From TPA_inf: Saccharomyces (lineage: Eukaryota), in contig BK006941.2 in assembly GCA_000146045.2 (NCBI GenBank), positions 128,001 through 192,000 on the forward strand: a DNA stretch of 64,000 nt. Reading direction: 5' to 3'. Within the stretch, counting starts at the first letter, position 1, and every line of letters starts with the position of its first letter. This document shows, piece after piece, positions 32,065 to 43,414 of the stretch. The notes under the pieces were generated by a model. The model was not told where the DNA came from. It searched no databases and saw only the letters and a program-made list of their open reading frames with translations. The translations under genes and the position numbers were made by a program.

Positions 32065-34758
32065 ATGGGAGACATTAAAAATAAAGATCACACAACCTCT
32101 GTGAACCATAATCTAATGGCAAGTGCAGGAAATTACACCGCTGAGAAAGAAATCGGAAAGGGTTCGTTTGCCACTGTATATAGAGGGCATCTGACATCCG
32201 ACAAATCTCAGCATGTAGCCATAAAGGAAGTATCAAGGGCGAAATTAAAAAATAAGAAATTACTAGAGAATTTGGAAATAGAAATCGCTATCTTGAAGAA
32301 AATCAAGCATCCTCATATCGTCGGACTTATTGACTGTGAACGAACATCAACAGATTTTTATTTGATCATGGAGTACTGTGCTCTTGGGGACCTAACATTT
32401 CTGTTGAAAAGGCGTAAAGAATTGATGGAGAATCATCCTCTACTAAGGACCGTATTTGAAAAATACCCTCCACCGAGTGAGAACCATAACGGCCTGCATA
32501 GAGCGTTTGTCTTGAGTTATTTACAGCAGTTAGCGTCCGCTTTGAAATTTTTGAGGTCTAAAAACTTGGTTCATAGAGACATCAAGCCTCAAAACTTACT
32601 ATTATCTACACCCCTAATTGGATATCATGATTCAAAAAGCTTCCATGAACTTGGATTTGTTGGGATCTACAACTTACCCATTTTAAAGATAGCAGATTTC
32701 GGGTTTGCAAGATTTTTGCCAAACACGTCATTAGCAGAAACTCTTTGTGGCTCACCATTATATATGGCACCAGAAATTTTGAATTATCAAAAATATAACG
32801 CTAAAGCAGATCTGTGGTCTGTCGGTACAGTGGTATTCGAAATGTGCTGTGGCACCCCACCGTTTAGAGCTTCCAATCATTTGGAGTTATTCAAGAAAAT
32901 TAAAAGAGCAAACGATGTCATAACGTTTCCTTCATATTGCAATATTGAACCAGAGTTAAAAGAGTTGATATGTAGTTTATTGACATTTGATCCAGCCCAA
33001 AGAATAGGATTTGAGGAGTTTTTTGCTAACAAGGTAGTCAACGAAGACTTGTCTTCTTATGAATTGGAAGATGATTTACCTGAGTTAGAATCCAAATCAA
33101 AAGGTATTGTAGAAAGTAATATGTTCGTTTCTGAGTATTTATCTAAACAGCCAAAGAGTCCGAACAGTAATCTTGCAGGTCATCAATCAATGGCAGATAA
33201 TCCCGCGGAGCTCAGTGATGCCCTCAAGAACAGCAATATATTAACTGCCCCAGCCGTTAAAACAGACCATACACAAGCCGTAGATAAAAAGGCTTCAAAT
33301 AATAAATACCATAATAGCCTAGTTTCAGATAGAAGCTTTGAAAGAGAATATGTGGTGGTAGAGAAGAAATCGGTTGAAGTTAATTCATTGGCAGACGAGG
33401 TTGCTCAAGCAGGATTCAATCCAAATCCTATTAAGCACCCAACTTCAACTCAAAATCAGAACGTCTTATTGAATGAGCAATTCTCTCCAAACAATCAACA
33501 GTATTTTCAAAATCAAGGAGAAAATCCGAGGTTACTGAGGGCCACATCATCTTCCAGTGGAGGTAGTGATGGGTCTAGGCGACCATCTTTGGTGGATAGA
33601 CGCTTGTCTATATCCTCGCTGAATCCATCTAATGCATTATCAAGAGCCCTCGGTATTGCATCAACGAGATTGTTTGGTGGTGCAAATCAACAGCAGCAAC
33701 AGCAACAAATCACATCTTCCCCACCGTACAGTCAAACTTTGTTGAATTCCCAACTTTTTCATGAACTTACTGAGAATATAATATTAAGAATAGATCACCT
33801 ACAGCATCCAGAGACACTGAAATTAGATAATACTAATATCGTTAGTATTTTGGAATCTCTGGCCGCAAAGGCATTTGTTGTTTACTCTTATGCAGAAGTG
33901 AAATTTTCTCAAATTGTTCCATTATCAACAACATTAAAAGGCATGGCTAACTTTGAGAACAGGCGCAGTATGGATAGTAATGCTATTGCAGAAGAACAAG
34001 ACTCAGACGATGCAGAAGAAGAGGATGAAACGTTGAAAAAGTACAAGGAAGATTGCTTATCCACGAAAACTTTTGGAAAGGGTAGAACTTTATCTGCCAC
34101 ATCTCAGTTGAGTGCAACTTTCAATAAACTACCACGTTCGGAAATGATCCTTCTATGTAATGAGGCCATTGTCTTATATATGAAGGCATTATCCATTTTA
34201 TCAAAATCTATGCAGGTAACGTCCAACTGGTGGTATGAATCTCAAGAAAAATCATGTTCTCTAAGAGTTAACGTGTTGGTACAGTGGCTAAGGGAAAAAT
34301 TTAATGAATGTTTAGAAAAAGCTGATTTCCTGAGATTAAAAATTAACGACTTGAGATTCAAGCATGCTTCTGAGGTAGCTGAAAATCAAACTTTGGAAGA
34401 AAAAGGTAGTTCGGAAGAGCCAGTATATTTAGAAAAGCTATTATATGATCGTGCATTAGAAATATCTAAGATGGCCGCACATATGGAATTAAAAGGAGAA
34501 AATTTGTACAACTGTGAATTAGCTTATGCAACTTCACTTTGGATGTTAGAAACTTCTCTGGACGATGATGATTTTACGAATGCCTATGGTGACTACCCTT
34601 TTAAAACTAACATACATCTAAAAAGTAACGACGTTGAAGATAAAGAGAAGTATCATAGTGTGTTGGATGAAAATGACAGAATAATCATAAGAAAGTATAT
34701 TGATAGTATTGCAAACAGGTTGAAAATATTGAGGCAGAAGATGAACCACCAAAATTAA
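32065..34758 (+). CDS. ATG1: Autophagy-initiating Ser/Thr protein kinase Atg1, 897 aa
   Basis: N-terminal kinase domain (GKGSFATVY...HRDIKPQN...DFGFAR) and a C-terminal tMIT/EAT region. Confidence 0.95.
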   Translation: MGDIKNKDHTTSVNHNLMASAGNYTAEKEIGKGSFATVYRGHLTSDKSQHVAIKEVSRAKLKNKKLLENLEIEIAILKKIKHPHIVGLIDCERTSTDFYLIMEYCALGDLTFLLKRRKELMENHPLLRTVFEKYPPPSENHNGLHRAFVLSYLQQLASALKFLRSKNLVHRDIKPQNLLLSTPLIGYHDSKSFHELGFVGIYNLPILKIADFGFARFLPNTSLAETLCGSPLYMAPEILNYQKYNAKADLWSVGTVVFEMCCGTPPFRASNHLELFKKIKRANDVITFPSYCNIEPELKELICSLLTFDPAQRIGFEEFFANKVVNEDLSSYELEDDLPELESKSKGIVESNMFVSEYLSKQPKSPNSNLAGHQSMADNPAELSDALKNSNILTAPAVKTDHTQAVDKKASNNKYHNSLVSDRSFEREYVVVEKKSVEVNSLADEVAQAGFNPNPIKHPTSTQNQNVLLNEQFSPNNQQYFQNQGENPRLLRATSSSSGGSDGSRRPSLVDRRLSISSLNPSNALSRALGIASTRLFGGANQQQQQQQITSSPPYSQTLLNSQLFHELTENIILRIDHLQHPETLKLDNTNIVSILESLAAKAFVVYSYAEVKFSQIVPLSTTLKGMANFENRRSMDSNAIAEEQDSDDAEEEDETLKKYKEDCLSTKTFGKGRTLSATSQLSATFNKLPRSEMILLCNEAIVLYMKALSILSKSMQVTSNWWYESQEKSCSLRVNVLVQWLREKFNECLEKADFLRLKINDLRFKHASEVAENQTLEEKGSSEEPVYLEKLLYDRALEISKMAAHMELKGENLYNCELAYATSLWMLETSLDDDDFTNAYGDYPFKTNIHLKSNDVEDKEKYHSVLDENDRIIIRKYIDSIANRLKILRQKMNHQN

Positions 34759-35408
34759 GTGATGCATAATATGGTTTTCTTATTAAGTACAAATGACCTG
34801 CTATATTTTCAAGTATCTTCATGATTATGTTATGCTACTCTCGAAATGCTTTACGAGTTCGTCATTAAAGTATTCAAATTTTATTTTCCCTTTGTGTTTT
34901 GTTTTGTTTTTATTTCTACGTGATTTTTTTCTTGAAATCCAGCTCTTTTATACCTGGATGGGTTTTATTTTGATGTTTAAATGTTAATTAAGGAAATTAT
35001 TGAATTCCTTCGGTTTCGGTGTGTTTTTTTCTTTTTAAGTTTTTTTTTGTTGCGTTTAGTACTTGCCTTTGGCTATACATATCCTTTTAATCTAATTTTT
35101 ATTTCTTCAAAATTTGATTCTTTAACCTTTTGTTCTATATATATATATAAATGTATGTATGTATGATTTGATTGAGGAGGCTTTAACAAGTCATTAATAT
35201 CTTTATTATTTTTACTTGTTGAGTTCATTAAAATTCATTTTATAATTTGTTGTTACAAACAGTATTTTACAAGTCATAATAAACGTTCAAAAACAAACAC
35301 AATATTAAAAGAATTGGTATTAGGATCCGACATGACAATTAACTTAGATCCTTCTATCAAGTTTCTAATCATATATTACATCTATTAAAATAATTTACAT
35401 ATATCATG

Positions 35409-37091
35409 CTAAAGCTTATAAAGAGACATTCTTCTTCTCGTGCGCTGGGCGTCGCTAGCCTCAAATACAAGTGATGCGTCTGCTTCTATTCTAAGGTCAT
35501 CCTTGCTGTTAGATTTCCCTTCTACCAGGTGGGCTTTTATACGTTGAGGTACATTACCGACAGGCGTAAGAGTAGAGCTCAAACTTGCTTCCGTACTCTC
35601 AAAGGGATATTCTCCTACAGGAGACATAGTTGTATATTGTGGAAACTCACAAGAATTCACTCTTAATGAACTTCCACTCTCACCTATCAAGCATTGTTGA
35701 TCACCGATTGCTGGGGCATCCTGAATACTGATCTGAGATGCAAAAGCGGTGGATGATGTGAAAGAGGAAAAGGACGAATAGGATGACTCTCTAGAACCGA
35801 TGTTGTGATATGCTGAGGGTGATAAGGTATTTGCGTCGTATATTGATGGAGAATATGTTGAATTTCTGTCAGCACCAGTCCTAAGGTTATTGTGGTCAAA
35901 ATTTTCCATATAAACGCTATCTAAAGAGGCGAATGATGAATTCACTGGTAGGCTGACCAATTCTACCCTTTTGCATGAAGAGGGCGGTGAAACTTTCAAC
36001 TCATGAAACGTCTCCAAATTGGTCAATACGGATGCTGCATCGCTTTTACCATAATGGCACATAAACGGATGTACCTTGATGTCTGCTAGTTTTATCCGTT
36101 TGTCAGGATCTTTTTGTAACAGCTTCTTCAATAAATCTTTGGCATCAGTGTATTCTTCCATTGTGATTCCCGAAGTGGCACCATTCAACATTTCCTCATA
36201 AGATGGAAATTCTAAGGGTTTATTGATAATACTGTCGAAAAGTTCTAATCCTGAATTGGCGTTGAAAGGCAACTTTCCAAACAACAAGCAGTATATAGTG
36301 ACCCCCAATGACCAGATATCGATGGCAGATGAGCAGGAATACTCTTTTTCAGTGGAGCAAAGCTCAGGTGCAAAAAAAGCAGGGGTCCCTAAGGCTCTAG
36401 ATTTTAAAAGTTGTTCATGCGATGATTGTATATTAGTACTTCCGGTGGCAGTTGACATAGCAACGCCAAAATCGGATATTTTCACCGTTCCGTTTGATGA
36501 AATTAACAGGTTCGATGGTTTGATATCTCGATGCGTTATCCCTTGGGAATGTAAATACTCCAGACCCGATACTACATCCAACACTACCTTCCTCGACTGT
36601 TGGAAAGTGAGTATTGATGGTCCCACTGCTTTTATCTCCATTTTGTTTTCTGGACACCATTTAACGGGTCCCCTTGAGCAATATTCTAATACAAGATAAA
36701 CCTTTGTGCTCTCAGGGTCATTCAAAATTTCATACAATTCCACAACGTTTTCATGATGACATCTTTTCATTACTTCAATTTCTTGATTAACCCTTGGATT
36801 TTCTACTTTCAATTGAAGAGAATACCCGCTTCTTTTTTCGAATCTATTAAGAATTTTTATTGCAACCAACGCACCTGTCCCGAGATCTCTTGCTAATTTC
36901 ACTTTGCCGTACTGTCCATTACCCAAAGTGGCTAAAATTTCAAAGTTGTTAAGGATTTGTCTCTTAGTTAAGGGATTATATAATAGTTTGACTTTTCTTG
37001 TCTCTTTTATACGACTACTACTATTGCTCGCATTATTATATAACAGAGATGATCGAGGCAGCGGCTGAACAGGTTCTTTAAGTAGTACCAT
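35409..37091 (-). CDS. TOS3: Snf1-activating kinase Tos3, 560 aa. It starts at the internal ATG (MVLLKEPVQPLPRSS...); the track ORF begins 17 codons earlier at a TTG.
   Basis: Ser/Thr kinase domain (HRDIKPSNLL, DFGVA). The 560-aa length matches Tos3. The start coordinate is taken from track arithmetic; hand counting gave a value 1 nt different. Confidence 0.88.
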   Translation of the reverse strand: MVLLKEPVQPLPRSSLLYNNASNSSSRIKETRKVKLLYNPLTKRQILNNFEILATLGNGQYGKVKLARDLGTGALVAIKILNRFEKRSGYSLQLKVENPRVNQEIEVMKRCHHENVVELYEILNDPESTKVYLVLEYCSRGPVKWCPENKMEIKAVGPSILTFQQSRKVVLDVVSGLEYLHSQGITHRDIKPSNLLISSNGTVKISDFGVAMSTATGSTNIQSSHEQLLKSRALGTPAFFAPELCSTEKEYSCSSAIDIWSLGVTIYCLLFGKLPFNANSGLELFDSIINKPLEFPSYEEMLNGATSGITMEEYTDAKDLLKKLLQKDPDKRIKLADIKVHPFMCHYGKSDAASVLTNLETFHELKVSPPSSCKRVELVSLPVNSSFASLDSVYMENFDHNNLRTGADRNSTYSPSIYDANTLSPSAYHNIGSRESSYSSFSSFTSSTAFASQISIQDAPAIGDQQCLIGESGSSLRVNSCEFPQYTTMSPVGEYPFESTEASLSSTLTPVGNVPQRIKAHLVEGKSNSKDDLRIEADASLVFEASDAQRTRRRMSLYKL

Positions 37092-37979
37092 ATTCTTCAA
37101 AGCTTCCTTTTTATATGCAGAATATGTGCGCAGCAATTTCAAGGCGTAGAGTACGAGTCACTAGAGGCTCGAGCATTATATACCACTTACAAGTAGTGTT
37201 TCTTATTGGGGACACCTGTCCTAACAATGTATGGCTTTATATACCGCGCGGATAAGTAAGGCACACCCGCTCTTCGTATAATACCCGCACAAAAGATTCA
37301 GGGACCGGGTATGCTCAACGAAAAAAATAGCCAAGATTGTTGCGAGTCCTCATCAATGAGGACATACAGAGAATAAAAACAGCCATATTTTGCTTGCTGA
37401 AGGACGTTGTGCAAACCGAAGATATCAGCGGTAGTCTTTATAGGACCCGTTGGTTTATTATATACAAAGGGATCTTTAAAAGGTCCGGTGCGAGGGGACG
37501 GGTGGAGATGGAAGTTATCAACCAAATGCAATTTATCCGAAGCGCAAAAAAAATAAAGGTGCTCCGATGGACCTTAGAAAGGAACTCCAAAATGCTGTGA
37601 TGGACCGGCGAGGGCGGTAAACGAAACTACCACATTGCATAAGAAACAAAATGTACGGCCCCTTCTACACAATCTATTTATGGTTTTCGTCTTGACCTCC
37701 TAATTACTTAATTAATGATTACATTTCTTAAAAGCACAAAAATAAAGTAGCTACCCTTCTTAAGCCATAGTAGTTAAAGCCTCAAGTGCATTGATAATCT
37801 CCTGACCCTAGGTCGTCTTTCGCGTGGGCTATCGCCACCTAAGGAAAGGATTAAATGGAGCAAGTATTGGAAATGTAAAGAAATTGCAGAATGTTCTGAT
37901 TACTTTTCATCACCCAAAGAGTCCATACTACCACTACCACCAACCATTGCCGGTGAGCGGTTTCTTGCTCATTAACATG

Positions 37980-38011
37980 ACGTACAAGGGAACGGAATGT
38001 CCCTTGTACGT
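37980..38011. repeat. Perfect inverted repeat ACGTACAAGGGA-(ACGGAATG)-TCCCTTGTACGT with 12-bp arms and an 8-nt spacer, in a GC-rich intergenic island
   Basis: Seen directly in sequence; the arms are exact reverse complements. Confidence 0.8.
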
Positions 38012-38217
38012 TGTAATGTCTTTTGCTCTCGTAAAGAAGCCTATACACGCCCCTTCCTTCCGCCCTTCGGCATCCGCTGCCAACTGGGTGGGGGCTCAAT
38101 GGATCTCTTTACTCTGGCCCTTAGAAGCCTTCTGAAATTCTCGGCTTAGGCATCGAACGATGAAGAAACTAACTAAAAATATACGCCATTTTTTTGGGGA
38201 GGGGGGGCCGCACTGAA

Positions 38218-38243
38218 ACGCGAAATGCCAAAAAAACGCGAAA
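38218..38243. promoter_or_regulatory. Two SCB-like (Swi4/SBF) elements, ACGCGAAA at 38218-38225 and 38236-38243, about 1.1 kb upstream of TOS3 and of MPT5
   Basis: Match the CRCGAAA SCB consensus, tandem and in the same orientation. TOS3 was named as a Target Of SBF. Confidence 0.45.
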
Positions 38244-39351
38244 CGCCGCAGTAAAAGGTCAGTACCGCGCAAAAAATACAAAAATGACAACAATATTGGC
38301 CTTTCTTTTCCTAAAGCAATTAACTGGAAAGCGAGGTTCTAAACATCTGGCCAACCCCTAAATTTTTAATAATTCCGAAGCGGGATATATTGCATCTGGC
38401 AATCTGAAAAGCAATAGAAAGAAGCGGCCTAGTACTGCATAGTGAGTGATAAAATATACATATTAAGGTTGGGGAAATGGTACGCGCTTTCAAGTAGCTA
38501 GAAAGATCTGAATGTTCTGAAGTACGGTTTGGATTTATACGCGGTTATTTCCTGGACTAGCTTAGAGCCAATTAATACTGACGATTGCCTCTTTTTCTTT
38601 ACCGTTTATGTATGCTGTATGCCCTTTTCATGTATAAAAGAAGGGTAATTTAAAAAAGTTTATAATCATCCAGATTCCTTATTTTTTTTCTTCTTTCGCC
38701 AGGTGTTTTACCCAGCTAAGACTAACCTTGTGGTTCAGATTACACTAGTATTGCCGTCCGATATTACAATTCTGAAATCAGTTTTCTTGTGATCATTCTT
38801 TTTTTCTCTCTTGCCATTCTTAAACGTGGCCTACAAGAACTCTTCTTCTTTCCTGGTTCGCATCTGTGTTAAACGTATAGATTTTCTTACATAGAGGCCT
38901 AAAAAGCATAATAGGTGGTTTCCTTTCAATATATATCTGAAACATTGAATATACTGAACACAATTCACATTTCAAAACCTTGGGTACTGTTGAGTCAACA
39001 TCAAGATCAGCCTATTTCATAATTTACTTTATCTTTTCACACAAAAAGAGAACAGGTAAAAAAGAACAGATCTGCTAGCCCCGAGAAGATCATTGACACA
39101 TCATTGATTGGCAAGTTAAGTAATAAAAGAAAGGTAATAACATCAAGAAGTCAAGCGCCTTGAAATTACTAGATTTGGACTACGGATCAGCAAAAGCCTG
39201 CTACTACAACCGCCACTTTTACTATTCCTTAAGATAAAAGCTAAAAAACCAAAAAAAAAAAAAAAAAAACCTCCTCAACTCCTCTCCAACACATAGTAAA
39301 GCGAATTCTACGCAAATTTATAAATCAATTACGATTTTTCCAGTTTCTCTT

Positions 39352-42300
39352 ATGGTATGTATTATCTCTTAATTCCCAATATTTTTCTTCGCCAATGGAG
39401 CATAAGCTTTAACGGGATCTTCTAACAACAAATAGCATAATAACCAAAAACCAGCTTCAGTGGGATCAGCCTATCGACACGCCTTTTTTAGCGGTCTAAC
39501 AATCTCCGTTTATGTCGTATGGAATTTCTGATACTTGACCCTACCTTATTTCTCGAATATGCCTATAAGGATTTTCTCGAAAGAAGGGCTTCGGGAAAGA
39601 GGCGCCTCAGGCAAAAATGAGCAAAAAAAAAAAAAAAAAGAAAAGATTCGAAGATCTATGAAAAATTTATGCAGATTCGTTGAGAGTTATAAGGATTTTA
39701 CTCTTTATGGTTATAGGTTTCATTCTAAAATCAAGCATAAATTTTGTGTTTTGTCTTCCTCTTTTCCTGTCCTCTTTTTTTGCCATCCTCTGTCGCCATT
39801 GAAGTCGAACTTTATAGATAGATTTACTCTTGATTCTCACGCATCTCAGGCCACCTGGACACTGTACATGGTTGTGATTGTTCTCTTTCTCAGTTATCGA
39901 AATTGATCCTAGGCTTATACTCCAAAATCGGCTCTGCACACGCCTTATTTTTGTGGTTTCACTTTACTAACACAACATTCTTTTATTCAATCAGATCAAT
40001 AACGAACCATTTCCATCTGCCGACTCAGCATCGATTTTAACTACGTCTACATCAAATAACTCCTTAATGTCTTACAATCATCAGCCTCAACTATCTATTA
40101 ACTCCGTCCAATCACTCTTGGAGCCCGTGACCCCTCCGCCTTTGGGCCAGATGAATAACAAAAGAAACCATCAAAAGGCTCATTCGCTTGATCTCTCTGG
40201 TTTTAATCAGTTCATATCATCGACACAATCTCCCTTGGCTTTGATGAATAATACATCAACATCGAATTCTGCTAACTCTTTTTCCCCGAATCCTAATGCT
40301 GCTAGCAACTCCACTGGGCTTTCAGCCTCAATGGCAAATCCTCCAGCCATTCTACCATTAATCAATGAGTTTGATCTGGAAATGGATGGTCCCAGGAGAA
40401 AATCAAGCCACGATTTCACGGTTGTTGCTCCTTCGAACTCTGGTGTCAATACCTCCAGTTTAATTATGGAAACACCATCCTCTTCAGTGACTCCTGCTGC
40501 ATCTCTCAGAAATTTTAGCAATAGTAATAATGCTGCTTCCAAATGTGGAGTGGATAATTCGTCATTTGGTTTGAGTAGCTCAACGTCTTCATCTATGGTC
40601 GAAATCAGCGCACTACCCCTTAGAGATCTGGATTATATCAAACTTGCCACTGACCAGTTTGGCTGCCGTTTTCTTCAAAAAAAATTAGAAACCCCCAGTG
40701 AATCCAATATGGTGAGAGACTTGATGTATGAACAAATTAAGCCATTTTTCTTGGACCTTATTTTGGATCCGTTCGGTAACTATTTGGTTCAAAAACTATG
40801 CGATTATTTAACTGCCGAGCAAAAGACATTATTAATACAAACAATATATCCAAATGTTTTCCAAATATCAATCAATCAGTACGGAACTCGTTCCTTACAG
40901 AAAATTATAGACACTGTCGATAACGAAGTTCAAATCGATCTCATTATTAAGGGATTTTCCCAAGAATTTACTTCGATTGAGCAAGTGGTTACTTTGATAA
41001 ACGATCTTAATGGTAACCATGTGATTCAAAAGTGTATTTTCAAATTCTCGCCATCAAAATTTGGTTTCATCATAGATGCTATTGTAGAACAAAATAATAT
41101 CATTACCATTTCTACCCATAAACATGGTTGTTGCGTACTACAAAAATTACTAAGCGTTTGTACTCTACAACAAATTTTCAAAATTTCTGTGAAAATTGTG
41201 CAGTTCCTTCCTGGATTAATCAACGATCAGTTCGGTAATTATATCATCCAATTTCTGTTAGATATCAAAGAATTGGACTTTTACTTATTGGCTGAGTTAT
41301 TTAACCGTTTATCCAATGAATTATGTCAACTATCTTGTTTGAAGTTCTCCTCAAATGTTGTGGAAAAATTCATTAAAAAATTATTTAGAATCATTACTGG
41401 ATTTATTGTTAATAACAATGGGGGTGCCTCCCAAAGGACTGCAGTTGCTTCTGATGACGTGATTAATGCTTCTATGAACATTCTTTTGACTACCATTGAT
41501 ATATTCACAGTCAATTTAAATGTGCTAATCAGGGATAATTTTGGTAATTATGCGTTACAAACGCTATTAGACGTTAAGAATTATTCTCCTCTGCTTGCTT
41601 ACAACAAAAATAGTAACGCAATTGGGCAAAACAGCTCTAGTACATTGAATTACGGTAACTTTTGTAACGATTTTTCATTGAAAATTGGTAACTTGATTGT
41701 CCTTACAAAAGAATTACTTCCAAGTATTAAAACTACATCCTATGCAAAGAAAATTAAGTTGAAAGTTAAAGCTTATGCAGAAGCCACAGGTATACCATTC
41801 ACTGACATATCTCCTCAAGTCACTGCAATGAGTCATAACAATCTTCAAACGATTAACAACGAAAATAAGAACCCCCATAACAAAAATAGTCATAATCATA
41901 ATCATAATCATAATCATAACCATGCTCACAATAATAATAACAATAATAATCAAAAGAGTCATACCCGTCATTTTTCTTTACCAGCTAATGCTTACCATAG
42001 AAGAAGTAACAGCTCTGTAACCAATAATTTCTCAAACCAATATGCACAAGATCAGAAAATTCACTCTCCGCAACAAATTATGAACTTCAACCAAAACGCA
42101 TATCCCTCGATGGGAGCACCTTCTTTCAATTCTCAAACTAACCCACCATTGGTAAGCCATAACTCGTTACAAAACTTCGACAACCGCCAGTTTGCAAATT
42201 TAATGGCACATCCTAATTCTGCTGCACCAATCCATTCGTTCTCATCATCTAACATTACCAATGTGAATCCTAATGTTTCAAGGGGATTTAAGCAGCCTGG

Positions 42301-42571
42301 ATTTATGATGAATGAAACCGACAAAATTAATGCTAATCACTTCTCGCCATACTCTAATGCAAATAGTCAAAACTTCAATGAATCTTTTGTGCCTCGTATG
42401 CAATATCAAACGGAAGGTGCAAACTGGGATTCAAGTTTGTCAATGAAGTCGCAGCATATTGGTCAAGGCCCATATAATCAAGTTAATATGAGCCGCAACG
42501 CTAGTATTTCCAATATGCCTGCCATGAATACCGCTAGAACATCTGATGAACTTCAATTCACTTTGCCATAA
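39352..42571 (+). CDS. MPT5: Pumilio-family mRNA-binding protein Mpt5/Puf5, 859 aa, in two exons: exon 1 is ATG only (39352-39354), a 640-nt intron lies at 39355-39994, and exon 2 is 39995-42571.
   Basis: The sequence reads ATG|GTATGT...TACTAAC (39965-39971)...CAG|ATCAATAACGAACCATTT. The spliced N-terminus is MINNEPFPSADSASILTTSTSNNSLMSYNHQ, and exon 2 is in frame, 72 nt upstream of the track ORF Met at 40067. Eight PUF repeats and a C-terminal (HN)n/N-rich tail. Confidence 0.9.
39355..39994 (+). other. MPT5: MPT5 spliceosomal intron (640 nt) immediately after the start codon, containing an A17 tract
   Basis: Canonical GTATGT, TACTAAC and CAG signals; restores the known 859-aa protein. Confidence 0.85.
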
Positions 42572-43414
42572 TACTTTTTTTTCTTTCTTTTTCTTTCCTT
42601 CTTACTGTACAAATATTTTACGCAGAAATCAAAGACAAAAGAAAAATAAAAAATAAAAAATAAAAAATTCAACTAAGCAATGACGTCCTACTAAAGTCCC
42701 AAAATTTGAGCCGGAAAAAAATGGTAAAGCAAACTATTGCCATCTTTATATTTTGTATTCTGTTTCCGAACACGTATCCAAAATCCTCCCACTGCCTTTG
42801 CAGGGTTAGCATTGCTCCCTACCAAAATGATCTAATTTTTTTTTGAATCGTTTTTTGTCAACGATTATTTTTGTTTTAAATTCCTCATCTTCTGAACTTA
42901 CGCCCAACTATTATTTAATTCATTCATTCATTAAGCAATCCATACGTCCATTCATTCATTCAGTTTTCTTTTTGTCTATTACTGTCATTTTATTTTCAAA
43001 TCCAATTGTCCTTTAGGACACTAATGTGTTAAAATATCCATTCGCTCAAGCATTTTTAATAAATAGGAAAATACCGTTTGTTTTTCTTTGTCATTTGTAT
43101 AAATTTTTCTACTGGTTCCTGTCTTGGTTGGCTTTATTATATTTAGGTTTAACTTGTACTAACAATGATACATATTTGTATATTTTATTATAATATCATA
43201 TCTAACTATATCTAAAATCGTTGAACTATTCAGAATGGAATTGTACACCAAGAAGAATTATGCTATAACACCATAAGGTCATTACATTTGGGTTTTGACT
43301 GCTAATTAGTTCGAAGTCGGCGTTAAAATTTAAAGAATATTTATACATATGAATATGTATATGAATGCAAAGTATGCTAAAATATTTATAAAGCAAAAAT
43401 CTCGGTGGGCTAAA

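Noticed and set aside
34760-35408. Searched the convergent and AT-rich intergenic regions (for example ATG1-TOS3 and MPT5-YGL176C) for an 11-bp ARS consensus WTTTAYRTTTW
   Set aside because: Found only near-matches with 1-2 mismatches. I cannot confidently place an origin by eye, although a 64-kb yeast window probably contains at least one.
38196-38207. G-run GGGGAGGGGGGG as a G-quadruplex
   Set aside because: Only two G-tracts; a stable intramolecular quadruplex needs four.
37824-38293. Overlapping 65-103-aa ORFs on both strands in the TOS3-MPT5 intergenic GC-rich island (about the position of dubious YGL177W)
   Set aside because: High GC content depletes stop codons. ORFs on both strands overlap each other, and there is no codon-usage or start-context support. 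The region is interpreted as regulatory or non-coding rather than coding.
42600-43210. Puf-family-like UGUA motifs (TGTACAAATA after the MPT5 stop; TGTATATTTTATTA near 43180) in the MPT5/YGL176C 3' region
   Set aside because: They do not exactly match the Puf3, Puf4 or Puf5 consensus sequences, and UGUA-containing 8-10-mers are frequent in AT-rich 3'UTRs.
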